A DNA stretch of 63,100 nucleotides, counting the filler, from Octopus bimaculoides (Eukaryota): assembly GCF_001194135.2 (NCBI RefSeq). It is 3 parts of 3 records of this genome, joined end to end, with 100 filler letters (N's around TTAATTAATTAA, not from the genome) between each part and the next. Parts side by side here need not be neighbours in the genome. Positions count along the whole stretch, not along the records: positions 1 to 26,100 come from NC_069000.1; 2 more parts are not named here. One strand, written 5' to 3'. Below, in pieces: positions 1-10,284 of this stretch. Position 1 is the stretch's first letter. Each line of letters opens with the position of its first letter. A model generated the notes under the pieces. It searched no databases, was not told the DNA's origin, and worked only from the letters and a program-made list of their open reading frames with translations. The position numbers and the translations under genes are program-made.

Positions 1-33
<33 letters not shown>

Positions 34-35
34 AT

Positions 36-257
36 AAACGTTGCCCTTTCAAAGCCTAACCAGGCTCATGGGCCCAGTTTCCCGGTTTCTATGGCGTATG
101 TGTTCCCCCCAGCTGGACGGGACGCCAGTCCATCGCAGCATTACTCAAGAAACAGGAAGAAAGAGTGAAAGTAGTGGAAGATGTTCAAAGTACTGCGTAC
201 TGGGACTGAACCTGAGATCAAATGGCTGGGAAGCAAGCATCTCAGCCACATAGCCAT
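36..257 (-). mobile_element. tRNA-derived SINE, 5' portion
   Basis: The minus strand starts atggctatgtggctgagatgcttgcttcccagccatttgatctcaggttcagtcccag, with A-box-like (TGGCnnnnTGG) and B-box-like (GGTTCAGTCCC) motifs. It abuts an (AT)n tract. Confidence 0.7.
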
Positions 258-303
258 AATAATGCTTATACACACATCAACCAAACATATAGAAAAGTAT
301 TTG

Positions 304-1045
304 ATGCAAGACAAATCTGAAAGACTTAGTCAAATAGCCAACCCATAGGTCTCCAAAATCAAGAAGAAAACGTACACTCTTTGTAAAAATATAACAGATG
401 CTGACCATGTGACTTTGAACAACAAACCAATCGCAAATGTTGACAAATTCAACTATCTAGGCGCGAAAATAATAATGGATGGAGACTGCAATCATGGAAT
501 AAATACAAGAATCAGCAAAGCGAACCAATCATTCGGTATGTTAAACTCAATATGGAAATCATCAATACTCAGCAAGAGCACCAAAATATGATTTTACAAA
601 AGCAACATACTTAGATCCTCCTCTATGGATCCAAATGCTGGAAAACAACCAAAAGTATTGAAAAGAAATTGGAAGTGTTTCAAAATAGATGTTCATGAAA
701 AATTTTGAAGGTCTGCTGGCCAAATATGATCTCAAGTAGCCAACTACACACCAAGGCTAACGTGAAACCAATAAGAGAAACTATTGAAGCAAGGAGATGG
801 AAATGGTTGGGTCTAGTTTGTTACTATAAACCTAACTCATTTGTTAGGATCACTTTGCAACGGGCTCTACAAGGTAAAAGAAGACGTGGCCGACCAAAGG
901 AAACATGGCGGAGAACAATAACAAAAGATCTTAAAAGCAGAAGGTTAACAATGGAACAAGCAATCAAGGACGCTTTTAATGTTAGAAGGTGGAATGATCT
1001 TGCTGTTGTTTCAAGTGCCATAAAGCACATTGCGAGGTGAATGAA
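304..1045 (+). mobile_element. RTE-clade LINE fragment (RT C-terminal/thumb region), degenerate
   Basis: ORFs 409-591 (DKFNYLGAKI...RISKANQSFGMLNSIWKS...TKI) and 705-1040 (RRWKWLG...GKRRRGRPKETWRRTI) match the RTE YLG / W.W.GH / RGRP..W signature. Stops and frameshifts lie between them. Confidence 0.85.
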
Positions 1046-1089
1046 TGTGTATATAATGTGTATATATTTTCGTACTTGTATGTGTGTGT

Positions 1090-1290
1090 GTATGTATTGC
1101 TGGTAGCACATAAAGAAAACACTCAGCATTCTCTGTAAAGTTGTTGGCATTAGGAAAGGCATCCAGCCATAGAAACCATGCCAAAACCAAGAATTGGAGT
1201 CTGGACAGCCTCCAGCTGGTCAGTTCCTGTCAAACCATCCAATCCAGGCCAGCATGGAAGATGGAGGTTAGACAATGATGACAGTGGTAA
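1090..1290 (+). mobile_element. 5'-truncated copy of an RTE 3' UTR (or derived SINE)
   Basis: gttggcattaggaaaggcatccagc...ccagcatggaagatggaggttagacaatgatgac is homologous to 18790-18940, which directly follows an RTE ORF end. Confidence 0.7.
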
Positions 1291-1747
1291 GGTGTATATA
1301 AAAAAATAACGATGTAGAGTGAGATCTGAAACAATGATATGCATATTTATTCTTAATATATTCAAGCAGATTCAGACTGAAATATGTTAGTCTACGTTGT
1401 GTATATCATAAAAGAACAACTTCTTATTACAATGACAATATACTGATAACACATTTGGCTCATTCATACAAAGAGTGCTGGGACACCACATCTGAACATG
1501 TTTATCTCGCCAGCCAAAGGCACCCTGGACTTTTGTTCCTAAACAAGAGGATGGCTTTGTTTATAATTTTAGTGAACAAACTATTTGCTGATCAGTGCTG
1601 ATATCTGCTAATCAATAAAAAAAAGAGCAATCATTTGCACTGCTTACATATGTATATATATACACACACACACGCATAAATGTATGTATATATGTGTGCA
1701 TACATTACTGTGTCTACATCTGTGTATATATATATATGTATGTATAT

Positions 1748-2130
1748 ATGGCACGTAGAAACCACTAACTGAACGTGTCCGATGCTAGTACCCCCAGACT
1801 GGCTCCTATGCCGGTGGCACATAAAAAGCACCATCTGAATGTGGCTGATGTCAGTACACCCTAACTGGCCCCTGTGCCAGTGGCATGTAAAAAGCACTAT
1901 CCAAACATGATCGATGCCAGGCCCGCCTGACTGGTTCCTGTGCCGGTGGCACGTAAAAAGCACCCACTACACTCTTGGAGTGGTTGGCGTTAGGAAGAGC
2001 ATCCAACTGTAGAAACATTGCCAGATCAGATTGGAGCCTGATGTAGTCGCTGGCTCTCCAGACCTCAGTCAAACCATCTAACCCATGCTAGCATGGAAAA
2101 TAGACGTTAAACACTGATGATGATGATGTA
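1748..2130 (+). mobile_element. RTE 3' UTR copy with internal ~63-bp tandem hairpin units and (GAT)n tail
   Basis: About 3.5 copies of ggcacgtaaaaagcacc...gatgccagtaccc..actggctcctgtgccggt are followed by gttggcgttaggaagagcatcc...catgctagcatggaaaatagacgttaaacactgatgatgatgatg. Confidence 0.75.
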
Positions 2131-2159
2131 GAAATATGTTAATATATGTATGCATACGA

Positions 2160-2197
<38 letters not shown>

Positions 2198-2390
2198 GTT
2201 CTTTTACTTGTTTCAGTTATTTGACTGAAGAACTGCCTTTAGTTAAGCAAATCAAGCCCAGGACTTATTCTTTGTAAACCTTGTACTTATTCTATTGGGC
2301 TTTATTGCTGAACTGCTAAGTTACGGGGACATAAACACACCAACATCAGTTGTCAAGCAATGGTGGGAGGGGGGGAGACAAAAACGTAAC
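2198..2390 (-). mobile_element. SINE 3' half (abundant family, see 16922-17297)
   Basis: cttttacttgtttcagttatttgactg...ctaagttacggggacataaacacaccaacatcagttgtcaagc is the reverse complement of the SINE 3' half. Confidence 0.75.
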
Positions 2391-3171
2391 AAATATTTAG
2401 CCATACGTGGACATGATCTAAAAAGTTCAGTTCTTGAATTTAGACATGTAGCGGGATCTAAGCTGCTTTTCCAGATGAGCCATCTTTCCATATCACAAAG
2501 ACCGCACCTTCCACTGCCGTTGGTGTAACGCTTGCACTTGGCTAAGATCTTCCAATGGATGTTGTAACTGACACCTTTTTTCTGTTAAGGACTGTATGTA
2601 ACTGGATAATTTGGTTGTTTTTCTTTTTTCCCCACATATATATATGTATATGTGTGTGTGTGTGTGTCAAATGTACAGTAAACAAAAGCCAGGTGAGGGG
2701 AACAACAGGCAGGTGTATTAGTTTGACGTTTGGGAAGAATCGAAAAGTCTTTGATGTTTCATGAAAGGTGGAAAAATGGAGAGAGAAAGAAAAAACTGGA
2801 AAGAGAAAAAAAAATGTATCGGCATTACTTAGCAAAACGAAATTATTTTACTATAGCTCTCATTCTTTTTCAAACACTGGAATAGATCACTACCATATTT
2901 CATGCTTATTCCGATGATGGACTAGATCACTGATGCACAGATTGTTACTACTTGCTGTGCAGAACATGCACCATCTGTGCATTTGATTTTGAAGCAGCTG
3001 CAAAAGACTTTCTGAACACCTTTTTACTCCTTTCTCTTCTTACGTCCTGTACTCATGTAACATAATGTTTAAAAATATGAATGTCATTATCTAACCTGAT
3101 AATGGTTCTTTTGCGTGTTTATACTTTAATGCTTTTATGCTGTAATATGTGTGTATGTATACATACATACT

Positions 3172-3219
<48 letters not shown>

Positions 3220-3224
<5 letters not shown>

Positions 3225-3308
3225 CCAAAGTTTCAAATTTATACATTTAAAAAAGAGAAATTCAACTTTGGAAATTTTTAAATGTATAAATTTGAAACTT
3301 TGGAAATA
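3220..3308. repeat. Perfect 34-bp inverted repeat (fold-back) next to (AT)n
   Basis: 3220-3253 tatttccaaagtttcaaatttatacatttaaaaa is the exact reverse complement of 3275-3308. Confidence 0.9.
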
Positions 3309-3729
3309 TAAACAATGAGAACGATCCTTAAGGAATCTAACCAGTGATCCTTTGAGGTGAAGTCTTATGTTATATTGGTAACGATTACAGATTTTACTTT
3401 ATATATATATATATATAAGTAAATGTAGGGACAAGCAAGTTAGACCAATATATAAAGTATATTAAATACATGAAATGCAAAAGTGGTATATATGTATACA
3501 TATAAAAGGGTCTGACTTGCACAGAATACAAATGATATAGGGAATTAGAGGGGATCAGGAACAATATTACAAATCTAACAGCTGTTTCTGGGGGCCTCAG
3601 AGGTTCATAATGATGTTTGTAGATTGATTTAATCATAAAATGAGATGAACCACTGTCTTCAGGGAAGAAGCCTTACATTTGAGGTGTTAAAGGAAAGAAA
3701 TTTCATCTATGCATTTATTTATATATATA

Positions 3730-3767
3730 CTAGCAGAAAAACTGCCCTCCGGGCGGTTTTCTGCTGG
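3730..3767. repeat. Short hairpin with GC-rich apex, possible Helitron/Helentron-type terminus
   Basis: ctagcagaaaaactgccc-tcc-gggcggttttctgctgg: a ~17-bp stem starting with CTAG after a TA run. Confidence 0.45.
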
Positions 3768-5025
3768 CATATGTATTTCACATATTGATATGATATATAC
3801 ATATAGATATGATACATAAACTTTAGAGTAAATTGACAATATGCTCGTGAATTGAACAAAGACTCTGTTATAGTTTTTTCTGTAATCAGTAAAATAATCC
3901 ATGATACATTTGAAAAAGATGATAATAAAAATTGGAAAAGATATGAGACTGTCAAGTGAATCTTCACTTGAGTGAATTTGAAAATAGATTCTTTGGTGGG
4001 AATTAACGAATTACATTTACCAATATGAAGAGTTGAATTTTGCTATATTGTTGTTTCATTATATTCATTTATAGACATCTTAAGTGTTTCTAGTGTCCCT
4101 TTCATAGCAATTAAAAAGAAAAAAAAAACTTAAATACATTTCAGTTAAAAGAGAGTAATGAATGTCCCACATCCCTGTAGAATTTTTTTGCAGACACATC
4201 TGTCAGCAAATGGACCCCTTTTCATTCACCTCAGTTAATATTTTTATATTTTCCTTCCTTGATGCTCTTGATAATGCAACATACATCTGACCATGTGCGA
4301 AGAATTGTGTTGGGAGTTGATATTATTGACAAGATAATTTCACTGTAGTCTAATACAATTTGAAAACTTAATTCTATTAGATAGGGATTACTGTTTTTGC
4401 ACTACGTAATACTTTAAAAAATTATTTACTCATTTTGTTGTCTTTTTTTTGCTTTATTACATTTTTATGAATGTGAAGAAAAGCTATTTGTTTATGTATG
4501 GAATTCAAATGGAAGTTGACATTTGAAACAGAAGCGAATCTTGTAACATTAAGCATTATAATTTATGCTTAATATACATTTTGCCACTTATACAAGTTTA
4601 GCTAGTCCATTCTCACAGGGGCTGTCATGATTCTTGCCATAACACATAATTAGCATACTAACTAAAATTGGTATACCAAGTTTGAAAACAATTGGAAGAA
4701 AATTAAACAAAATATGAAATCTGTCACAGCTGAAATTTCAACTCCTTGATTTTCTGCAGAATTTTGATCTTTAACATTGGAAAATGTTTAACATTGGAAA
4801 ATGCCTTTACAATATCTTTTACTCTTCAGAAAAAACTACAGAGATGGAAAGAACCAGCATTATTACACAAGGTGCCACATTGGTCATCTAAGTGCTACTA
4901 TATGGTACTGGCCCTTGGTCAACAAACAACAAGAACAGGGTGAGGAAAATTGACTCTCTTCTCAATAGCTGTTATAAAACTGATCAAATGATCAGTGTTT
5001 TGACAATGAATAAAGATTACATCCT

Positions 5026-5380
5026 TAACTATGTGAGTTGTGAACACATTGTGTAAATTGTTTAACGACAGTGCTGATGTAAATGGTCACTGGCTGACTC
5101 AGTTATGATTGACTGTGTGTTTTGTGAACACATACTGTAAACTGTTTAATGGCAACATTGGTGTACATTAGATTACTAGTTATGTTTTAGCAATGACTGA
5201 ATATATGTGCAGTGAACAGATGATGTAAGTTGTTCAATGACAACTGGTGTATACAATGTCACTACATACGACAGCAATCATTGACTATGTGAAGTTTGAA
5301 CACATAATGTAAGCTGTTTAATAGCAACACTGATGTACACTAGTTCATTGATTGACATACATTAAGTATATGAGCTGTGA
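5026..5380. repeat. Diverged tandem repeat, ~84-bp unit x4
   Basis: The tgaaca(c/g)at..tgtaa..tgtt.aa core starts at 5041, 5125, 5213 and 5297 (spacing 84, 88, 84). Confidence 0.75.
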
Positions 5381-6195
5381 CATCTGCAAAATTTTCTCTC
5401 TCCCTACTTCTCTCTCTCTCCATATATATATATATATATGTGAGTAAAAATAAATACAAAAGAAGGGTTTTGTATGATCGTGTATAGAGGAATATATTAT
5501 TTTATTTAAAAGAGTTCCAACTCAGTCTGTTTTTTATGTTTTATGTATATTCTTGTAAAATTAATGTGGGATATAGAATATGGAATATATATAGAATATG
5601 GAATATATATATAATATAAAAATGGATGGTACAATGAAATGAAGTATGGAATATATCTTATTGAATATATGAAATATTGAGTGTTCAATATAAAGGATTA
5701 AATATATAAAGGCGAATACATATTTTCAATACCTTGTGGTATTCATCATGGCCGGTATCTAAGGGAAAAGGAATTAAACATGCAATTGAATACTTTATAA
5801 GTACTCTGCAGGGATCAAACTTTGTTAACTAAATTGACTGGTGAAAAACCATTGTAATCCATGTAAGCCAATAGATTTACTTCCCACTACATGTCCAATT
5901 TGTAAATCCAAAGTTCAAATGCCAAAATAAATTCAGTATAAGGTCACAGAGTATCGTAGAAGAACAATAAAATAGAGAATTAGACATTATTTAATTAGCT
6001 TATGTACATTTTGGATAGATTAGCAAATTCCAAGAAGCTTAATGGCACTGGTGTTGAATTTCTATATTTCTGTTGAGTCTTAGTCTATCAAATATGGGAT
6101 TGATTAATATGCATGATTTATTCATAACAGAATTTTGGAATTTACAAACCTATCTGAAACATAACATATAATTCTCTATTCTTGCATGTTATTAT

Positions 6196-6305
6196 GTGGC
6201 ACCTTGGGCAAGTGTCTTCTATAGCCTTGGGGTGAGCAAAGCCTTGTGAGTGGTTTTTGTAGATAGAAACTGAACGAAACTAATTGTATGCGTGTATATC
6301 TTTAT
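6196..6305 (+). mobile_element. SINE central (CORE-like) segment, truncated by gap
   Basis: gtggcaccttgggcaagtgtcttctatagcc...aagccttgtgagtgg matches 16990-17075. Confidence 0.75.
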
Positions 6306-8599
6306 NNNNNNNNNNNNNNNNNNNNNNNNNNNNNNNNNNNNNNNNNNNNNNNNNNNNNNNNNNNNNNNNNNNNNNNNNNNNNNNNNNNNNNNNNNNNNNN
6401 NNNNNNNNNNNNNNNNNNNNNNNNNNNNNNNNNNNNNNNNNNNNNNNNNNNNNNNNNNNNNNNNNNNNNNNNNNNNNNNNNNNNNNNNNNNNNNNNNNNN
6501 NNNNNNNNNNNNNNNNNNNNNNNNNNNNNNNNNNNNNNNNNNNNNNNNNNNNNNNNNNNNNNNNNNNNNNNNNNNNNNNNNNNNNNNNNNNNNNNNNNNN
6601 NNNNNNNNNNNNNNNNNNNNNNNNNNNNNNNNNNNNNNNNNNNNNNNNNNNNNNNNNNNNNNNNNNNNNNNNNNNNNNNNNNNNNNNNNNNNNNNNNNNN
6701 NNNNNNNNNNNNNNNNNNNNNNNNNNNNNNNNNNNNNNNNNNNNNNNNNNNNNNNNNNNNNNNNNNNNNNNNNNNNNNNNNNNNNNNNNNNNNNNNNNNN
6801 NNNNNNNNNNNNNNNNNNNNNNNNNNNNNNNNNNNNNNNNNNNNNNNNNNNNNNNNNNNNNNNNNNNNNNNNNNNNNNNNNNNNNNNNNNNNNNNNNNNN
6901 NNNNNNNNNNNNNNNNNNNNNNNNNNNNNNNNNNNNNNNNNNNNNNNNNNNNNNNNNNNNNNNNNNNNNNNNNNNNNNNNNNNNNNNNNNNNNNNNNNNN
7001 NNNNNNNNNNNNNNNNNNNNNNNNNNNNNNNNNNNNNNNNNNNNNNNNNNNNNNNNNNNNNNNNNNNNNNNNNNNNNNNNNNNNNNNNNNNNNNNNNNNN
7101 NNNNNNNNNNNNNNNNNNNNNNNNNNNNNNNNNNNNNNNNNNNNNNNNNNNNNNNNNNNNNNNNNNNNNNNNNNNNNNNNNNNNNNNNNNNNNNNNNNNN
7201 NNNNNNNNNNNNNNNNNNNNNNNNNNNNNNNNNNNNNNNNNNNNNNNNNNNNNNNNNNNNNNNNNNNNNNATTATTTACATGTCTGTTTCACTATTTCAC
7301 ATCACTTTATTCATTAAAATTTATTAGAACTTCATAATTTCTTACAACTTTGGTCATCGTAGTGCTTTGCTTTTGTTTGTTTAATAAAAATTCCTCCTCG
7401 CAATGATTTTACTTTCATTTTGTGACAGACAGCTATCATGCAGAAAATGCCAGCTTGTTTTCTGATTAGGTAAAATTGATTAAACTTTAAACTTCAGTAA
7501 CATGATTTTGCAATTTTTCTGGAACAAATAAATAACAAAATTGGATTTAACATGGAAAACTAGTTCAATATACCAAATTTGAAAATTTTGACGTAATTTT
7601 AAAATTTCACAGTATGTGACAGCAACAGGAAAGACCCTGCAAAAGTAGAGAGACAGACAGTTATAAGACGTGACACACACACACACATGTACACAATCAC
7701 ACACTCACTCACACATACACACACTTAACAAACACACACAAGTAATCACAAGTTTGAAATAGTGTGTAGTAGATATGTATGTGTGTGTGTGTGTGTCTGA
7801 GTGTGTTTCTTTACGATAGACAGCAGAAAAGCCACCTATCCCCTCTTTCCTAAAAGCTATGTATTCCTAACACTCATCTTTCTTTCCCTTTCTTGGTGTT
7901 TTAAAAGTTACTTATTTGTGTGTGTGTGTGCTTGCATGTGTATGCTTGTGTCTATGTATTTAAAGAAGTATGTATGCAGCATTGTGTATATATACCTGAA
8001 TGACAGGTATATTAACATCACCATCCCTCTGCGACTCCATATTTTTCATTTACACAACGTTGTTCTCCCCTTCCTTGATGTCAGCCACACTTACTATGCC
8101 ACCACATTTCCCTCATACTAACACTCTTGCCCCCATTTCATTTCATCAAATAACAGCCCAACCCCGCTAAGGTCCCATTATGGATTTTTATTAAAATCCA
8201 ATTAGCCTATAATTGAATTAGAAGTTAGTTTAACATGTATGCAAAGTTTCGTCAAGATTGGTTTACTGGTGTATATAGCAAGATGGTAACAGACAGATCA
8301 ACAGAGAGAAATTGTCATTTATGTATAAGATATGTATGTAGAGAGAGTGAGAGTTAATAGTAAATGTGATCACATACAAGGTAATTCTATGAACAAAGTG
8401 AAAGAGACATTGAGTATATATTACAATGTCAGTTGATAACATTCTGTTAGACATTTCTCTTATGTGGCTGGCTGATAGGATGGGTATCTTTTAGTTGGAG
8501 TTATCAATGTGATTCAAAATATTTTTGGCATTCAGATTGTCTTGTTTACTGAGTGGTTGTCTTTTAAATTTTGTCCTTTCATTTTTAAGTTGGCTGCCC

Positions 8600-9135
8600 T
8601 TGAGAGCTCCTCTACACTGTAGAGCTCCTCTACACTTTATTTTTATAGCTGAATCACTACCTGACCTTGGGAAGAAATTTCAGGTATGGAAGCAAGGCCT
8701 GAAATCTAAGGGCCTTAGAGTTAATTTTGTAAAAACCAAAGTCCTAGTAAATAGGAAAACTGACAAATCATAAGTCCTTTCAGGGAGATGGCCTTGCTTA
8801 ATATATAAGAAGGGTGTTGGTAGAAACTACATACATTGTACCCAGTGTAAGCTTTGGACACATAAGAGGTGTAGCGGTATCACAAGAAGGTTAACAGAGA
8901 AAATAGTCTTTGGGTGTGGAAAATGTGTGGGTACAATAAGCACTAAAAATGCGCAGACAGTAGAGTTTTTCAGATGCTTGGTGGGATCATTAGAAGTAGT
9001 AGATAGCTTCTGTTACCTAGGAAACCAAGTTAGCAGAGGAGAGGAGGAGGAAGTTCTGAAAGTGTAGTTAGAATAAGAATGGGCTGGGCAAAGTTCAGAG
9101 AGCTTTATCTTTGAGGGTCTCTCCCTCAGTGTGAA
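8600..9135 (+). mobile_element. RTE-type LINE RT fragment with an inserted PHD-like Cys/His finger
   Basis: FIAESLPDLGKKFQVWKQGLKSKGLRVNFVKTKVL...C..(Y)...C..C....H..C...C..C...VVDSFCYLGNQV...RIRMGWAKFREL, with stops present. Confidence 0.75.
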
Positions 9136-9284
9136 AGGCAGATTGTCCATTGTACTGTGTAGTAGGACTGAACCTGAAACCAGTGGATTAACTGTCTCTT
9201 GTCTGAAGAACATCATAAAAGCAGAACCAAGAACTGTGTTTGCCAGAAGAGACATTTTAAATTTTAAATGATTTTTATATTTAA

Positions 9285-9501
9285 CCCTTTAGCATTCAGA
9301 TTACTTTTTCAAATAAACTTATTTATTCACATTGTTGTGAATTCATTATCTGTTGTCTTGTAACAATGAGATTTTGATAATGTGGTTGTATATTTTTATA
9401 ATGACATTGTAGGGATGGTGTGAGAGGCAAGATCTGGCCAGTTTGAGCATGAAATATATAGAATATTTGGGCTGGATATGGTTGGTTTAAATGCTAAAGA
9501 G
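9285..9501. mobile_element. piggyBac-type MITE (TTAA TSD)
   Basis: TTAA|ccctttagcatt ... aatgctaaagag|TTAA: 11/12-bp TIR with TTAA on both sides. Confidence 0.75.
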
Positions 9502-10029
9502 TTAAAGGTGTTTTGTTTTGGAATACTGATTAAAAACTACCTGTTATTTGATTTTTTTTAAAGGAATATCTTCTATTTGCAGGGTGAGCTGTGAAAATTG
9601 ACACTTGTCTTGCCAGCAACAGAATACTTCATGGTTATCATGAAACACAATAGCACAATAATTGTTTTGCTAATGACCAATATTCACATTGCATCAATTC
9701 AAACAAACAACCAGAATTTTAGTCCTTTGCTTTTTGATCGGAAGATGGTAACAGAAATGTAACCAGTGAATTTTGTAAATTTATAAATACAAATTTTCAT
9801 TGTCACCATACATGGTGGTGTTGGTTTGTTGACATTTAATTGTACTACAGAGGAGTTTGAAAAATATTTCATTCTAATTGGAGATGTACCTTGATGGTGG
9901 AAACAAATTTGTTTTGCATGTGGAATATCTCATGTCCACTCTATACTACTGACTATATTAATAACTGCTGTCAAAAGAAAATATTTTCACAAAAAAAAAA
10001 AATCATCATATTTTTCTTATTTTACCTTC

Positions 10030-10058
10030 CACCTCTCTCTTACAATTCTCTATTCCAG
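10030..10058 (+). promoter_or_regulatory. Candidate 3' splice acceptor upstream of the ZF coding exon
   Basis: A pyrimidine tract (cacctctctcttacaattctctattccAG) lies about 225 nt before the ATG. A second candidate acceptor (ttctatttgcAG) ends at 9582. No transcript evidence. Confidence 0.35.
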
Positions 10059-10284
10059 ATCGGATATGCTGTCCTAAGATTTGTTCATAATCAGTAGAGA
10101 AGCTACTGTTGCATTGAGGAGCTCAAGTGGTGGTTAAATAGAATATCTCTCACGTGGTCTTTTTCTATGTACATACACTTTCACAGAATCATACACATAT
10201 CACAAATAACAAAAGCAAGTTGAGAGAAAGAAAATTTATAAGTTTACTTATTGTTATAAATGTGTGTTGGTGGAAAGTTAATCC

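Noticed and set aside
2700-2770. Minus-strand GAAACATCAAAG hammerhead 3' half
   Set aside because: The 5' half is missing, and it is too short to call.
5026-5380. CRISPR-like repeat/spacer array
   Set aside because: Eukaryotic context, the variable parts are homologous to one another, the repeats are diverged, and there are no cas genes.
6284-7337. ORFs of 340+ aa spanning the gap (also 23291-23944, 29610-30976, 35655-36331)
   Set aside because: Length comes from Ns.
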